Origin: Octopus vulgaris | Taxonomy: Eukaryota | Direction of reading: 5' to 3' | Assembly: GCA_951406725.2 (NCBI GenBank) | Contig: OX597824.1 | Coordinates: 32,260,001-32,384,000, forward strand | DNA: 124,000 nucleotides | The notes under the pieces: generated by a model | Told to the model about the DNA's origin: nothing | Seen by the model: only the letters and a program-made list of their open reading frames with translations | Databases searched by the model: none | In this document: positions 15,301 through 26,598 of the stretch, in pieces | Layout: each line of letters starts with the position of its first letter | Position numbering within the stretch: the first letter of the stretch is position 1 | Program-made: the position numbers and the translations under genes

Positions 15301-18300
15301 ATATTACAAAGTATTCACTATGTGCAACAGAAGCAGTGTTACTTTAGAACAGTAAGCTGTATGTCTGCAATATTTCTCGTGATATTACTATCTCACGACA
15401 AATACCACAGTTAATTAGGTTTTCCAACATATATCTGCATTAATATATGATACAGTTTGCTACTATATCATAATATTAACATTATACTTTTCAGGACCTG
15501 ACTTCACTTTATTATTCCTACCCTATTTAATAGCTACTAGCACTATGACCCGGCAACACCGTGTCATAGTGCTTAGTGCATGCATATACAGCTGCATGCG
15601 TGCGCACATACATGCGAGTACTGTCCAAATCTCCGAACAATCACATACAGCTAGCTGGCATTCAATTGACGTATCAAGTTTCAGGCATTTTGATTGGGTT
15701 TTGGATAGAAAATTCACAAAAAAGTCACTTCTAGTGAATTTTTTAATGGCTTTGTGGGGTGACTGGGGAAATGTAAAGATGTGCATGACCACCCTTGGAT
15801 GGTTTTGAATGACCATAGAAAGTGCAAGCCCTCTAACTGAAAAGTTGTGGATTTGTATAAAGGACACACACACAGACATTTTGCCGTTTATATATATAGA
15901 GATTTTCCCAAACTAGCACGTGAAGGAAGGCTTTTGTAGAATCATTTGAATTTTTTGACTGGATATTCTTTCTACAGCTAACCAGTTAAACTGTAATGGA
16001 GGTCAGCTAAAATGGAATAAGTTTGGTAGCTTTTCAGTAGTTAGTAGAAGGCGCGTGGCTCAGTGGTTAGAGCGTCGAGCTTACGATCGTGAGGTTGTGA
16101 GCTTGAATCCCGGACCGGGCTGCGTGTTGTGTTCTTGAGCAAGACACTTTATTTCACGTTGCTCCAGTTCACTCAGCTGTAGAAATGAGTTGTGACGTCA
16201 CTGGTGCCAAGCTGTATCGGCCCTTGCCTTTCCCTTGGATAACACTGGTGGCGTGGAGAGGGGAGGCCGGTATGCATGGACGACTGCTGGTCTTCCATAA
16301 AAAAAAAAAACAACCTTGCCCAGACTTGTGCCTCAGAAGGTAACTCTCTAGGTGCAAACCCATGGTCAGTGTCTGACCGAAGGGGGTCACAAGTAGTAGT
16401 AGTAGTAGCAAGATTTGAACATATGACTATACGGTCAATTATTCCAACACCAGGACCTCACAGCTCTTGTGCTTTAATGGAACAAACTCAGTTTATTTTT
16501 ATGCCAACATTTAAACAATGCATCTCTATCACACAATACATTGTCATCATTATCATTATTGTTCTAATGTCCATTTTTCCATGCTTGCATGGCTTGGATG
16601 GAATTTATCCAGGCAGATTTTCTATGTCTGGATGCCCTTCCTGTTGCCTATCCCAGGCAAGGGGGCAGTAACAAAGACACACGAACACAACAGGTTTCCA
16701 CACTTTCTCTCTACCGAATCCATTTACAAGGCTTTCACTGGTGAAGGGCTATAGTATAAGACATTTGTCCAATGTGCAACACAGGCAGACTGAACCCAAA
16801 ACCATATGGTTGGAAAGCAAACTTCTAATCATGTAGCGATAGTTTTCCAGCTTACCAGCTCCTGTCAAACCATCCAACATGGAAAATGGATGTTAAATCC
16901 AGCATGAAAGATGGATGTTAAATGATGAATATAATAATGTGTATTAAAGCATGTAATATAGGCCCAACTGCACATATAGGACTTAGGTTGATTTTTGAGA
17001 CATTTTTTTGGAAAACAAATGTGTCATATAAGCCATCAAATATACTCTTTACTTTTACTTGTTTCAGCCATTTGACTGTGGTCATGCTAGAGCATCGCCT
17101 TTAGTCGAGCAAATCGACCCCAGGACTTATTCTTTGTAAGCCTTGTACTTATTCTATGGTACCTACAAGGCCTGAAATTTCTTAATTCCAAGTTTTTTCA
17201 ATTCCATCATAGAACATAAAACACTACCTTTTGTTGGTTTATTATTTGGTAACAAAAACCTGGCCCCTGTTCCCTGCTCACATTCTCTAATCCCCCATCT
17301 CCTAGCATAAAGCCAACCCTCACCTTGCCTTGAGTATCACAGTCTCACAAGCAGCATGGTGACCTCACTAGTGCCGGTGCCATGTAAAAAGTACCAAGTA
17401 CATGCTGTAAAGTGGCTGGCATTAGGGAAGGCATCCAGCTGCAGCAACTGTTTCAAAGCAGACATAATGCAGTCTTTGGACCCAACAGATTCTGTTGCCG
17501 ATCAACCTATGCCTGCATGGATATTAAATGATAATGATGAGGATAAATAATAAATTAAAGGAAAGGGTGAATTGAGTAAACTTACTTCTTTTAGAGTGTC
17601 GAGTTTAAGAGAAGGATTACTGAGAACTGATTGAAAAGCTTCTTGTGAAGTTAAGAAGTTATAGAAACGCAGAGTATTTTGGGGTACATTTGCTTTCTGG
17701 GTCATTTGCTGCCATCTTTTACTGACTGGAAAACATTAAAACAAACAATGAAAAACAATTAGGATATTATTTAATTTCCATGAGAGTAAAAAATAAGTTT
17801 GGTTTAAGATGCTAGACAACAAATACAAAGAATTGCAATTTCAAATCCTGGTAGCTTTGTATAATATTTAATCCCTGATGAACCCAGAGCAAACAGACTT
17901 CTAGTCAAGGCATTTCAGTGTGATTATCGTAACTTATTTTCAGAGACAGCATATCTAGGACTACATAATCCAAAGTGCACATCCATTTTATTAGAGATTT
18001 TAGGAAGATTTGGCTGCTATTTCTAGCAATTTGAATTACCAAATAGCAGCTCTCTCATTGGCTTGACTAGTACTGTGTCTAATTGCTTCAGAGGCTCATT
18101 TTTACACCAGTATGTTTAAAGTAAAGTAAAACTTTCAGTTACAACAATCCAGACACAAAACTGAATTAAGAACAAACAACATTGATAAAAAAAAGTACAC
18201 TGACATAGTGCTGAAAGTTTAGTGTTACATGGTTAAACATTAAAATATTTGAGAAATGTCAATAACCTGCTGTAAATGGTGTACAACTGGCATAGGCACG

Positions 18301-21300
18301 CATCCTCTATAATGCCTTCTATTTCTGTAACTCAATAACGGCATGGTTAATTGCTGCCTTTTGATCTTTCAAGAAATTATAAATAGAAAATAGACAATAC
18401 TTACAGTGGAGTTGTTTCCATATAAAAATATCTGCCAAAGTCAGCTGGTGTCCAACTAAATATGTAATTGGTCCCAGAACTTTATCTAGGTGATAAACAT
18501 CTTTATCAAATGAAGCATCAGAGAACTGGGTCTGAGCAAAATCAATCCAAAAATCAATCTATTTGAATAAAAAGAAAAAAAAAAAGCCAATATATATCAA
18601 TACTATAGATATATGGAAACAATTGTGCTAATAAGGTAAGCTTGACCCTTTAGCATTCAGATTACTCTGTCAAATGTAATGCTTATTTATTCTTATTGCT
18701 TTTAATTAATCATGCATTATCTCACAGCTTTGAGATTTCAATGATGTGACTGTACATTTTTAGAATTACATTTTAGGGTAGATGAGAAAGGCTGGATCTA
18801 GTCAGTTTGAACATAAAGCAGGTAGAATATTTTGGCTGGATTTGTCCAGTTTAAATGCTAAAGGGTTGAACAACATCTTAAAAAATAAACAGCGGTGGTG
18901 CCCCACCATGGCCGCGACCTTCGGGCTAAAACATTTTAAAGGATTTATATCTTTAAATGACAGTTGTGTTTATATGTGATGGCATATGGCCTCGTGGTTA
19001 AGGTGTTGCACTCACAATCACAAGATTGTGGTTTCAATTCCTGGACCGGGTGGAGTGACGCGCTCTTGAGCAAAACACTTAATTTCATGTTGCTCCAGTT
19101 TACTCAACCATAGAATGTTAACTCTACAACAGATTGACAACCTGATCAAGGGAAAAGTTGTGACCTAAGTCACAAATACACCATACTTTGAGTAACCAGC
19201 CTAATGAGTTCTAGGAATTGGTCACTATACACCATGGGAACTAAGTAACCAGTGCTATGAGTTCTAGGGCTCAAAATAGTGCTAAATGTATGCTTATAGA
19301 TGGCAGAGAAAAGCGGACTACTCATACATAGAGAATAGCAGACACATCTTGAATAACTGATGTTCAGAAAATATTTTGAGTTGAGAATTTTTATAGAATG
19401 TATGTCACAGATTATCATCATCTCTGTAAATAATGCAATAAAATGTTCCTCTGATGACCTATTGTGGTTATGCATCTAGTTGCACTTGAAACATCCAATG
19501 CTGACATTGCAAACAACCACAATGGTGAAACATACACAGGGAACTAATGATTTTTTTGAACTTGTGTTTATTGTAATTTCTTATATATATATTCTTTAAT
19601 TTGTTTTGGTCATATGACTGTGGCCATGTAGGAGAAGCACCTTTATGGGTTTTAGTTGAAGAAATCGACCCCCAGGGCTTATTCTTTGTAAGCCTAGTAC
19701 TTATTCTATTAGTCTCTTTTGCCGAACTGCTAAGTTACAGAGACATAAACACACCAGCATTGGTTGCCAAGTGATGGTGGGGGCGGGGGAGACAGACACA
19801 CACACACACATGTGATAGGCTTCTTCCAGTTTCCGTCTACCAAATCCACTCACAAAGTTTTGGTTGGCCCAGGGCTATAGCAGAAGACACTTGCCCAAGG
19901 TGCCACACAGTGGAACTGAACCTAGAACCATGTGGTTGGGAAACACACTTCTTACCACAGAGCCAAGCCAAGAAACAAAGAATTGGTTGTAACTTATTAA
20001 AACATTGTTAATATTCATCTCAATATTGAGTACAAGGTGGCAAGCTGGTAGAATCGTTAGCATACAGGGCAATATGTTTAGCGACAGTTCAGAGTTCAAA
20101 TTCCACCAAGGACGACTTTACCTTTCAGGATTGATAAATAAGTACCAGTTGAACACTGGGGTTGATGTATGTGACTTACCCCCAACCCCTGAAATTGTTG
20201 GCCTTGTGCCAAAATTTGAAATTAATATCAAGTATAAATTTTACCTCAGTTGCTTCAAGCAAAGAAGAGCCATATAAAGGACTTGAATTTGAACGAACCA
20301 AATACCGACACATTGATGCATCTCCTTCAAGAGTTGTATTACTGTGAAAATAAATTATAACTGGTCTTAGAATAAAATTACAACATGATTACTCTTTTCT
20401 TTCAATGAAGCTGTAAATAAGTAAAAAGGAATAATTCATGAAAAGGCTTCCAGTCAACTAACTGATGTAAATCAAGTCTTAACTTCAAGGTCAACAACTA
20501 CTAAAGACTGAGACATAAAGCTCAAAGAAAATCCTATGAAGGCTTGGGGTGCATAGTGCTTTGGCTACTGAGTCCATGATTGTTACATAAGGCACTACAT
20601 TTCATGTGGTTTCAGTTTGCTCAGCTGAAAATGTGTACTAGTAATACCTGGGGGAATTTAACCCTGCATTGTCAAGCTGGTGTTCCATTCAGGAGGGGCA
20701 AGTCTAATACTATCAATGGCTTAAATGCTACTGAAACCAAAATAAACTCTTGCTTAAAGGGCCAGTAATTTAGAGACAAACTTTAAAATTCTACTGGGTC
20801 TCTACATTGCTGCAAGTGTCTGCCTGGGGAAATTCACTGAACCAGTAATATACATAGCATCAGAACTAAGCTCAAAAGTAAGAGCACATGTATCAGATTC
20901 CTCATCAAAGTCAATCATACCTAACAGTGGCTTGGAAATAACTGTACCTAAGTTGAGGTGGTCTTGTCTTGTGAGTTGCTTCATGACCTCACTAGTACCA
21001 GTGCCATGTAAAAAGTACTCAGTATACTTTACAAAGTGATTGGAAGGGTGTCCAGACATAGAAACCTTGCCAAAGTAGTAATATTGGAAAGGAATGATAC
21101 TGCTTATGAGACAGTGAAAGCCGTTTTCAACTATCCTATAATGTCCTGTGCGAGGTCACTGGAGATGGCGAGCCATTCGCGGTTCCATCTGCGAAGACCG
21201 ACCACCTGCGGACCTGAGAGTTTGGAGAGGTCTTCCTTTATCGTAGAGCGTGGGCTGCCATGGTTTGTGATGCTGTTAGGACCAGAGAAGAAGCCAGCTC

Positions 21301-24300
21301 AACCCGCCCTGGGTGAATGCCGTCACAAGTACAAGTAGGTAAGTATCCTATAATGTCAAAACAAGGGGACACAAACTCACAAAGACATATACATACACAC
21401 ACACAGAGGCTGCTTTCAGTTTCTGTCCAACCCATGCCAGCATGGAAAGTGGATGTTAAATGATGATAAAATCCACTCACAAGGACTTGGTCAGCCCAGG
21501 GCCATAGCAGAAGACACTTGTTCACAGTGTCAAGCAGTGGGACTGAACTTGAAACCATAAGGTTAGGAAGTAATCACACAGCTAAACCTGCACCTATATA
21601 AATATATATACACACAGACAGACAGAAAAGGTTCCCATAAAACATTGTTTTATGTTTATTTTAACTTGAAAAGGTTTATATTTTTTATTAATTGACATTT
21701 TTATTTTAAGTTCTATACGTAACTGTTTAATCACACCATGCACAAAGGAAGCCTTGGAACATATTCAAATAAATATATGTCTATATTGCAGAAAGGACTC
21801 CTTCCAATCTTCAGTAGTGAAATAAAAAAAAAAACTCTTTATTTATGGAAGATGGGGCTCCTTGTCACACAGCTAAAAGCTTCCATAGCCACGCCTGTAA
21901 CCAGATACGAACTCTACTGAACACCTCTGGGGCATAATGGACAAGACACTTATGCAAATGGAATGTCTACTAAATATTAGATATTGACATTATAATAATT
22001 AATAAATAATTTGAATGTATAATTTCAGAATGAAATAAATTTTAATGATTATAAGGGTGTCTATTTACTTGTCATGTCCTTGTGTGTGTGTCTGTGTGGA
22101 TATATATATATACGCACACACACATATATTCTCATTATTTTGCAATTATTAGCATCAAGCTAAACTAGAGAAGAGCAAATAGCTGGCATTTCAAACAAAC
22201 GTAACCAACACGGGAACTTTTAAGGGGAAACAATTATATAATGTATCATCTTATGTAAAGTTAGTAATCTGCTACAGTTGACGTTTGGTGCATTTGGTAC
22301 TATGCTGAATGCATATTCCTTGTTTGCTGATGGCCAATTTATCCATCACTGTGCTGTCAAGTTCACTCATTATTATAGTCATTCTCATGGTTCCTGATAT
22401 GCTCCAAAAAATGTCAGCTACAATAGTTACAATAAGACATCCTGCATAAAGTTCAATGAACTGTTATTAGTCAAAATAAAGTTCAATGAACTGCTATAGT
22501 TGGCATAAAGTTCAAGTAAATTTTGGGTCAATCTGTCTGAATATCCTCAGGAGAGTAACTAAGAATTAATTCTGTCTCATGGTGGAGAGGCAGACGTGGA
22601 AAAACAACATCCAACCAGAAAACATGCACATCAAAAAATTTTAGCTGACCCTTGACATAAGAAAATGTTACCCTACCAAAAAAAAAAACACTACAAAACC
22701 CTGCAATTATTTCATCCAGTCAGTATTAAAATTATTTAGTTGTAAAAAATATGTGGGGTTATTTTCAACAAAAAATCTATCTAAAGTATGATAACAGTAG
22801 TTCAGTGAATAATTAACTCTTAGCATTCAGATTACTCTGTCAAATGCAATGTTTATTTATTCTCATTATTTTTAATTAATCACGTGTAATTTTGGTACTT
22901 TGGGATTTTTTTCTGTAATTGTTTATTTTCAAAATGACATTGTAGGGTGGGTGTGAGAGGCTGACTACTTTGAACATAAAACAGGTAGAATATTTGGCCT
23001 GGACATAGCCAGTTTAAATGCAAAAGGGTTACTTTGAAGGAAAATATGCAGAGAAGAAAAACAACTTAATATAGACTATAACCATACCTGTCTATTTCAA
23101 TGGAATTGACATTTTTGTATTTAATATCACAAGAGAATTTGGATGCTGACTTGAAGTTTTCAAGAACCAACAGACTGGCTGTAAAAAAAACAAAAATGAA
23201 GAAGTATGTATATATATTCCTGACCAAAATATTATTTTCTGATTTCATACATAATTCTTGTAGATTTAGAAAAATGAGCAAATTGGAAAGACTTTTATGT
23301 GATCAGATCAAATGCAGAAGAAGAGAAATAGTTCCAAGGAATAGTGAACAAATTCTAAATGTGGAAGCAAAGCTTAAAATTGGAAGAGCTCAACGTAAAT
23401 TAAGCAAAATTGAAAATTTTAGTGAACAAGGAAGAAGTCAGGACTCTACTGCCATCTATGTTAAGCTAACATAAGAAATAAAATAAGAGTATGCAGGAAT
23501 TCCATTCAGGTACACAAGCTGTTTCAGCGAGATCCTCGGACTTTGTGTGAAGACACACAAGAATATGGAACGAGACAGTTGACAGCTGTTATTTGGATGC
23601 CAATGATTTGGCACAACTGACTGGACATTCAGCCAGTTTTGGTGCACAGAAATATACACAAAGACACAAAGAGAAAGAGAGATGGAGAGAGAACAACAGA
23701 AACATTAAAATGTATTCAAGAGTCGAGTAACTTGTAAGATTTGTAATATAAATGATATTAGGCATTCAAGCATAAATTTGAGTCAGAACAAACACTGCAG
23801 GTTCACTACTAGGGTTTAAACCATGTAGCTATCACTTATTGGGTTTCTGTATGACTTGTAACACAAAGAGTGCTTTTTCCTTGCACACTTTCATGAATTT
23901 ACCAACCCTGTCCAATCTTCTGTACTGCTTCTGTTATATTTACCTTTCTATACCTTATGGTTGTGAAAGGGAGGCGAGCTGACAGAAACATTAGCACATC
24001 GGGTGAAATGTGTAGCCGTATTTCGTCTGCCGTTACGTTCTGAGTTCAAATTCCGCCAAGGTCGACTTTGCCTTTCATCCTTTCGGGGTCGATAAATTAA
24101 GTACCAGTTACGCACTGGGGTCAATGTAATCAAGTTAATCCGTTTGTCTGTCCTTGTTTGTCCCCTTGTGGGTAGTAAAGAAATATATACCATATGGTTG
24201 TGAAAGCTGGACTCTTACAGCTGACATGCAGGTATGTCAGAATTCAGGTATTTGAGCACAAGTGCTTTCAGAGACAATTACACATGCTGTACACAGAACA

Positions 24301-26598
24301 AAATGAATAGCTTTGTCAGGCAGCCAATCAACAAATACACTGGCAAACAGGAATCACTCCTTGTGCAGATAAGACGAAAGCTTGTCTGGTACGGGCATGT
24401 ATCCTGTCATAATTCTCTGTCCAAAATCATTCTTCAGGGCACATTTGAGGGAGAGAAAAGAGAGGCAGGCAGAGAAAATCCTGGTTTGACAGCACCAAAG
24501 ACTGAATGGGTCACAACGCAGCAAATTTGCTATGCATGACAGAGAACAGTGACTAATGCTGACAATTGACTATAAAAGCGTCTAGAGTGACACCCCAGTA
24601 ACTGCCTGAATCAGTTAAGACAAAACAAAGTTTATAGTCATATAATTCTTTCTTTGCCATGGTGTCAGGTAAGATTAAAACCATTACGACCAATTATATT
24701 TTTTATCAAATAAGGCAATTAGTCTCCATCCTTCTTCAAACATCACAAGCACCTTGTCCTATCTCCTCTGGGAAACACCGTACAAGATGATATAGGGTTA
24801 GAGGGGATCTACAACACTTCTTTTTCATATATAAAGAAATATATAAGGTGCATTCCAGAAGTTTTGAGACTTTTTTTAGGAGAGTTATAACATCCTAGAT
24901 TACTGAAATTTTAGTATAACATTACTATACATATAAAGCTGACCTGCAACTTTTGTTAATCTAGATTAAAGGAGATAACATAATAGCACTTTGAATACAC
25001 CATAACTAAACACTGCTTGTCACAGCTGACTGGCTTGCAGATTGCAGTCGAGATATGAAAACAATTTGGAAGCTTGCAGCCATGCAATAAAGTTTTGTGT
25101 TAAACCAAGCAGAAACACTACAGGAACTTATGAAGTGCTCCAGATTGGTTTTAGATTAACTTATATGAGCTGAGCATGTGTTTTTCGCTAGCACAAGAGG
25201 CCAAAAAAGGCAAGTCCTCCAGAAAGCTCATGATGACCCTATTTTTCCACAGCAAGGGTACCATCTACATCTGGGTTCCCTTTGGCCAGATGGTCACCAA
25301 AAATTACTTTGTGGGGGGTTTGAAGAGATTTTGTTGCAAAACGCCAGAGCACCTGCACCAGATTACAATTCCAACTACTTTACAAAGATGAGCATCAAAA
25401 CTGCTTCTCACCTACCCTACAGTCTAGACCTTGCTCCCGGTGACTTTTGGTTGTTCTTCAAGCTGAAGGAGAATAAGGAGGAGGCTGTGACATGGGTCCC
25501 GGTCACCTTCACTTTGGAGTACTTCCACAGGGCCTTCACAAAGTTGCTGGAGTGCTAACAACAAGGGCATTGAACTCAGAGATCTTACTTTGACTCTTTA
25601 ACATTCAGATGCCTTTGCTGTCACAAAATAGGGTCATTGTGAGCTTTCTGGAGGACTTGCTTTGTTTGACCTCTTGTGCTAGTGAAAAACAGATGTCCAG
25701 CTTATACATGTTAATCTATAAGCAGTTTGGAGTATTTTGTAAGTTTCTTATTTCTTCATTACCCACAAGGGGCTAAACATAGAGGGGACAAACAAGGACA
25801 GACAAAGGGATTAAGTTGATTACATCGACCCCAGTGCTTAACTGGTACTTAATTTATCGATCATGAAAGGGTGAAAGGCAAAGTCGACCTCGGCGGAATT
25901 TGAACTCAGAACATAAAGACAGACGAAATACCATTAAGCATTTCGCCTGGCGTGCTAACGTTTCTGCCAGCTTCCCACCTTTTGTAAGTTTCTGTAGAGA
26001 TTCTGTCCCGCTTAACACAAAATTTTATTGTATCGCGAGCTTCCAAATTGTCTTCATGTCCCAAATGCATTCTGCAAACCAGTCACCTGTGACAAGCAGT
26101 GTTTAGTAAGTAATGCTTATTTATTCACACTATTTTGAGTTAATCATGTATTATCTTGTAGCTTTGAGATTTCAATGGTGTAACAGTATACTTTTACAAT
26201 GACATTGTCAGGTAAACATAGAGGGGACAAACAAGGACAGACAAAGGGATTAAGTCGATTACACACACACATTTGGATGTGTATGCTTGTTGTAATACCT
26301 CAAAAAAATAATACAGCTTTCATATAACTATGGCTATCCAATACGGGGTTGTTTAACTAAGTCAGCACTGATCCAGCAGTCCTAGTGTCAAGGGCGTTCC
26401 AGTCATGGCCATCGCATTTTAAGGTATAATTTATCAAGAATTAAACTTCTGAATATCCTGTTATTTTAAGGCGTTGTGAAATGAGATAAGCTTTTATTCC
26501 TAGCTGGTCGGGCGACCGCGTAGAAATCAAACCCAGTTAGTTTGATTTCGTTTTTAGCTAAAATTACCTTTGTTAATGAGCACAGGCGTTCTATCCAT
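246..26598 (-). CDS. EPRS: Bifunctional glutamate/proline--tRNA ligase (EPRS), 5' part: GST-like domain + GluRS domain; gene continues beyond position 1
   Basis: 15 GT-AG exons join in phase. Motifs [18 protein letters not shown] (HIGH), [23 protein letters not shown] and [10 protein letters not shown] are those of eukaryotic cytosolic GluRS. The ProRS half is outside the window, so the bifunctional call rests on metazoan EPRS architecture. Confidence 0.95.
991..1101 (-). CDS. EPRS: EPRS exon ([12 protein letters not shown]...EVAKHPK)
   Basis: 111 nt, anticodon-binding region. Confidence 0.94.
1691..1750 (-). CDS. EPRS: EPRS exon ([20 protein letters not shown])
   Basis: 60 nt, phase 0->0. 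Confidence 0.95.
1955..2505 (+). mobile_element. Tc1/mariner deletion derivative
   Basis: TIRs (…ttgaaaagtaactccc / gggagttacttttcaa…); [21 protein letters not shown]. Confidence 0.8.
2720..3045 (+). mobile_element. RTE-clade LINE 3' fragment
   Basis: [28 protein letters not shown]; (AGAT)n tail; a similar fragment at 24234-24600. Confidence 0.8.
3960..4044 (-). CDS. EPRS: EPRS exon ([28 protein letters not shown])
   Basis: 85 nt, phase 2->0. Confidence 0.97.
5417..5525 (-). CDS. EPRS: EPRS exon with KMSKS-like LSKRKL motif
   Basis: 109 nt, [20 protein letters not shown]. Confidence 0.97.
7506..7630 (-). CDS. EPRS: EPRS exon ([41 protein letters not shown])
   Basis: 125 nt, conserved GluRS motif. 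Confidence 0.97.
10337..10508 (-). CDS. EPRS: EPRS exon ([12 protein letters not shown]...[23 protein letters not shown]...GDKYK)
   Basis: 172 nt, phase 1->2. Confidence 0.96.
11327..11720 (+). mobile_element. tRNA-derived SINE family A (multimeric example); more than 20 copies, e.g. 23973, 25750, 30225, 31610, 41850, 43445, 51655, 64315, 71555, 91475, 92620, 119322
   Basis: Pol III A/B-box-like head (AGCTGGCAGAA...GAGTTCAAATTCC) and shared body GCCTTTCATCCTTTCGGGGTCGATAAA. Confidence 0.85.
11987..12179 (-). CDS. EPRS: EPRS exon ([12 protein letters not shown]...YTSDHF...AYVDDT...RRNQ)
   Basis: 193 nt, GT-AG. Confidence 0.95.
13460..13586 (-). CDS. EPRS: EPRS exon with HIGH motif ([16 protein letters not shown]...[16 protein letters not shown])
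   Basis: 127 nt, class I aaRS signature. Confidence 0.97.
13826..14090 (-). mobile_element. Retroposon family D with (GAT)n tail; copies near 12270, 76590, 99335, 106045, 117915
   Basis: Recurrent CATCATCATCGTTTAACGTCCGCTTTCCATGCTAGCATGGGTTGGACG motif. Confidence 0.75.
14218..14250 (-). ncRNA. Hammerhead core motif inside an inverted repeat (14098-14400)
   Basis: CTGATGAG-GTCAC..GTGAC-GAAA; stem III and cleavage site not evident. Confidence 0.4.
15092..15177 (-). CDS. EPRS: EPRS exon ([29 protein letters not shown])
   Basis: RFPPEASG motif, 86 nt. Confidence 0.95.
16049..16385 (+). mobile_element. SINE family C; copies near 8083, 28548, 39555, 46430, 54040, 92905
   Basis: GGCTCAGTGGTTAGAGC..GTTCGATTCC head; TTGAGCAAGACACTT core. 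Confidence 0.8.
17586..17725 (-). CDS. EPRS: EPRS exon ([34 protein letters not shown]...)
   Basis: 140 nt, phase 1->0. Confidence 0.9.
18405..18558 (-). CDS. EPRS: EPRS exon (IDFWIDFAQ...[20 protein letters not shown]), GST-C-like
   Basis: 154 nt, GT-AG, YLVG..LTLAD motif. Confidence 0.92.
18646..18865. mobile_element. MITE with CCCTTTAGCATT TIRs (piggyBac-like termini); further copies near 11055, 22815, 63370, 72250, 89790, 90440
   Basis: Terminal inverted repeats beginning CCC, often in TTAA context. Confidence 0.6.
20245..20341 (-). CDS. EPRS: EPRS exon ([32 protein letters not shown]), GST-like
   Basis: 97 nt, phase 2->0, resembles the RYL..LYGS..E segment of EPRS. Confidence 0.88.
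23088..23178 (-). CDS. EPRS: EPRS exon ([31 protein letters not shown])
   Basis: ttttacag acceptor, AG|GTATGG donor, 91 nt, phase 1->2. Confidence 0.8.
24845..25580 (+). mobile_element. Mariner remnant; inverted pieces of the same element at about 25620-26100
   Basis: [20 protein letters not shown] motif; KLMMTLFF. Confidence 0.7.
26568..26598 (-). CDS. EPRS: EPRS putative first coding exon ([10 protein letters not shown]+1 nt)
   Basis: ATG at 26598, donor AAAG|GTAATT, phase 1 matches the next exon; short, so uncertain. Confidence 0.55.

Noticed and set aside
16049-16125. tRNA genes at GGCTCAGTGGTTAGAGC...GTTCGA heads
   Set aside because: They continue into SINE bodies and lack a full cloverleaf.
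20802-21059. 85-aa minus ORF in an EPRS intron
   Set aside because: Begins in a retroposon fragment; no compatible splice sites; the EPRS frame is complete without it.
23100-23474. 124-aa plus-strand ORF with an exon-like purine-rich segment antisense to EPRS
   Set aside because: Its start is the shadow of an EPRS exon; no partner exons or recognisable domain found.
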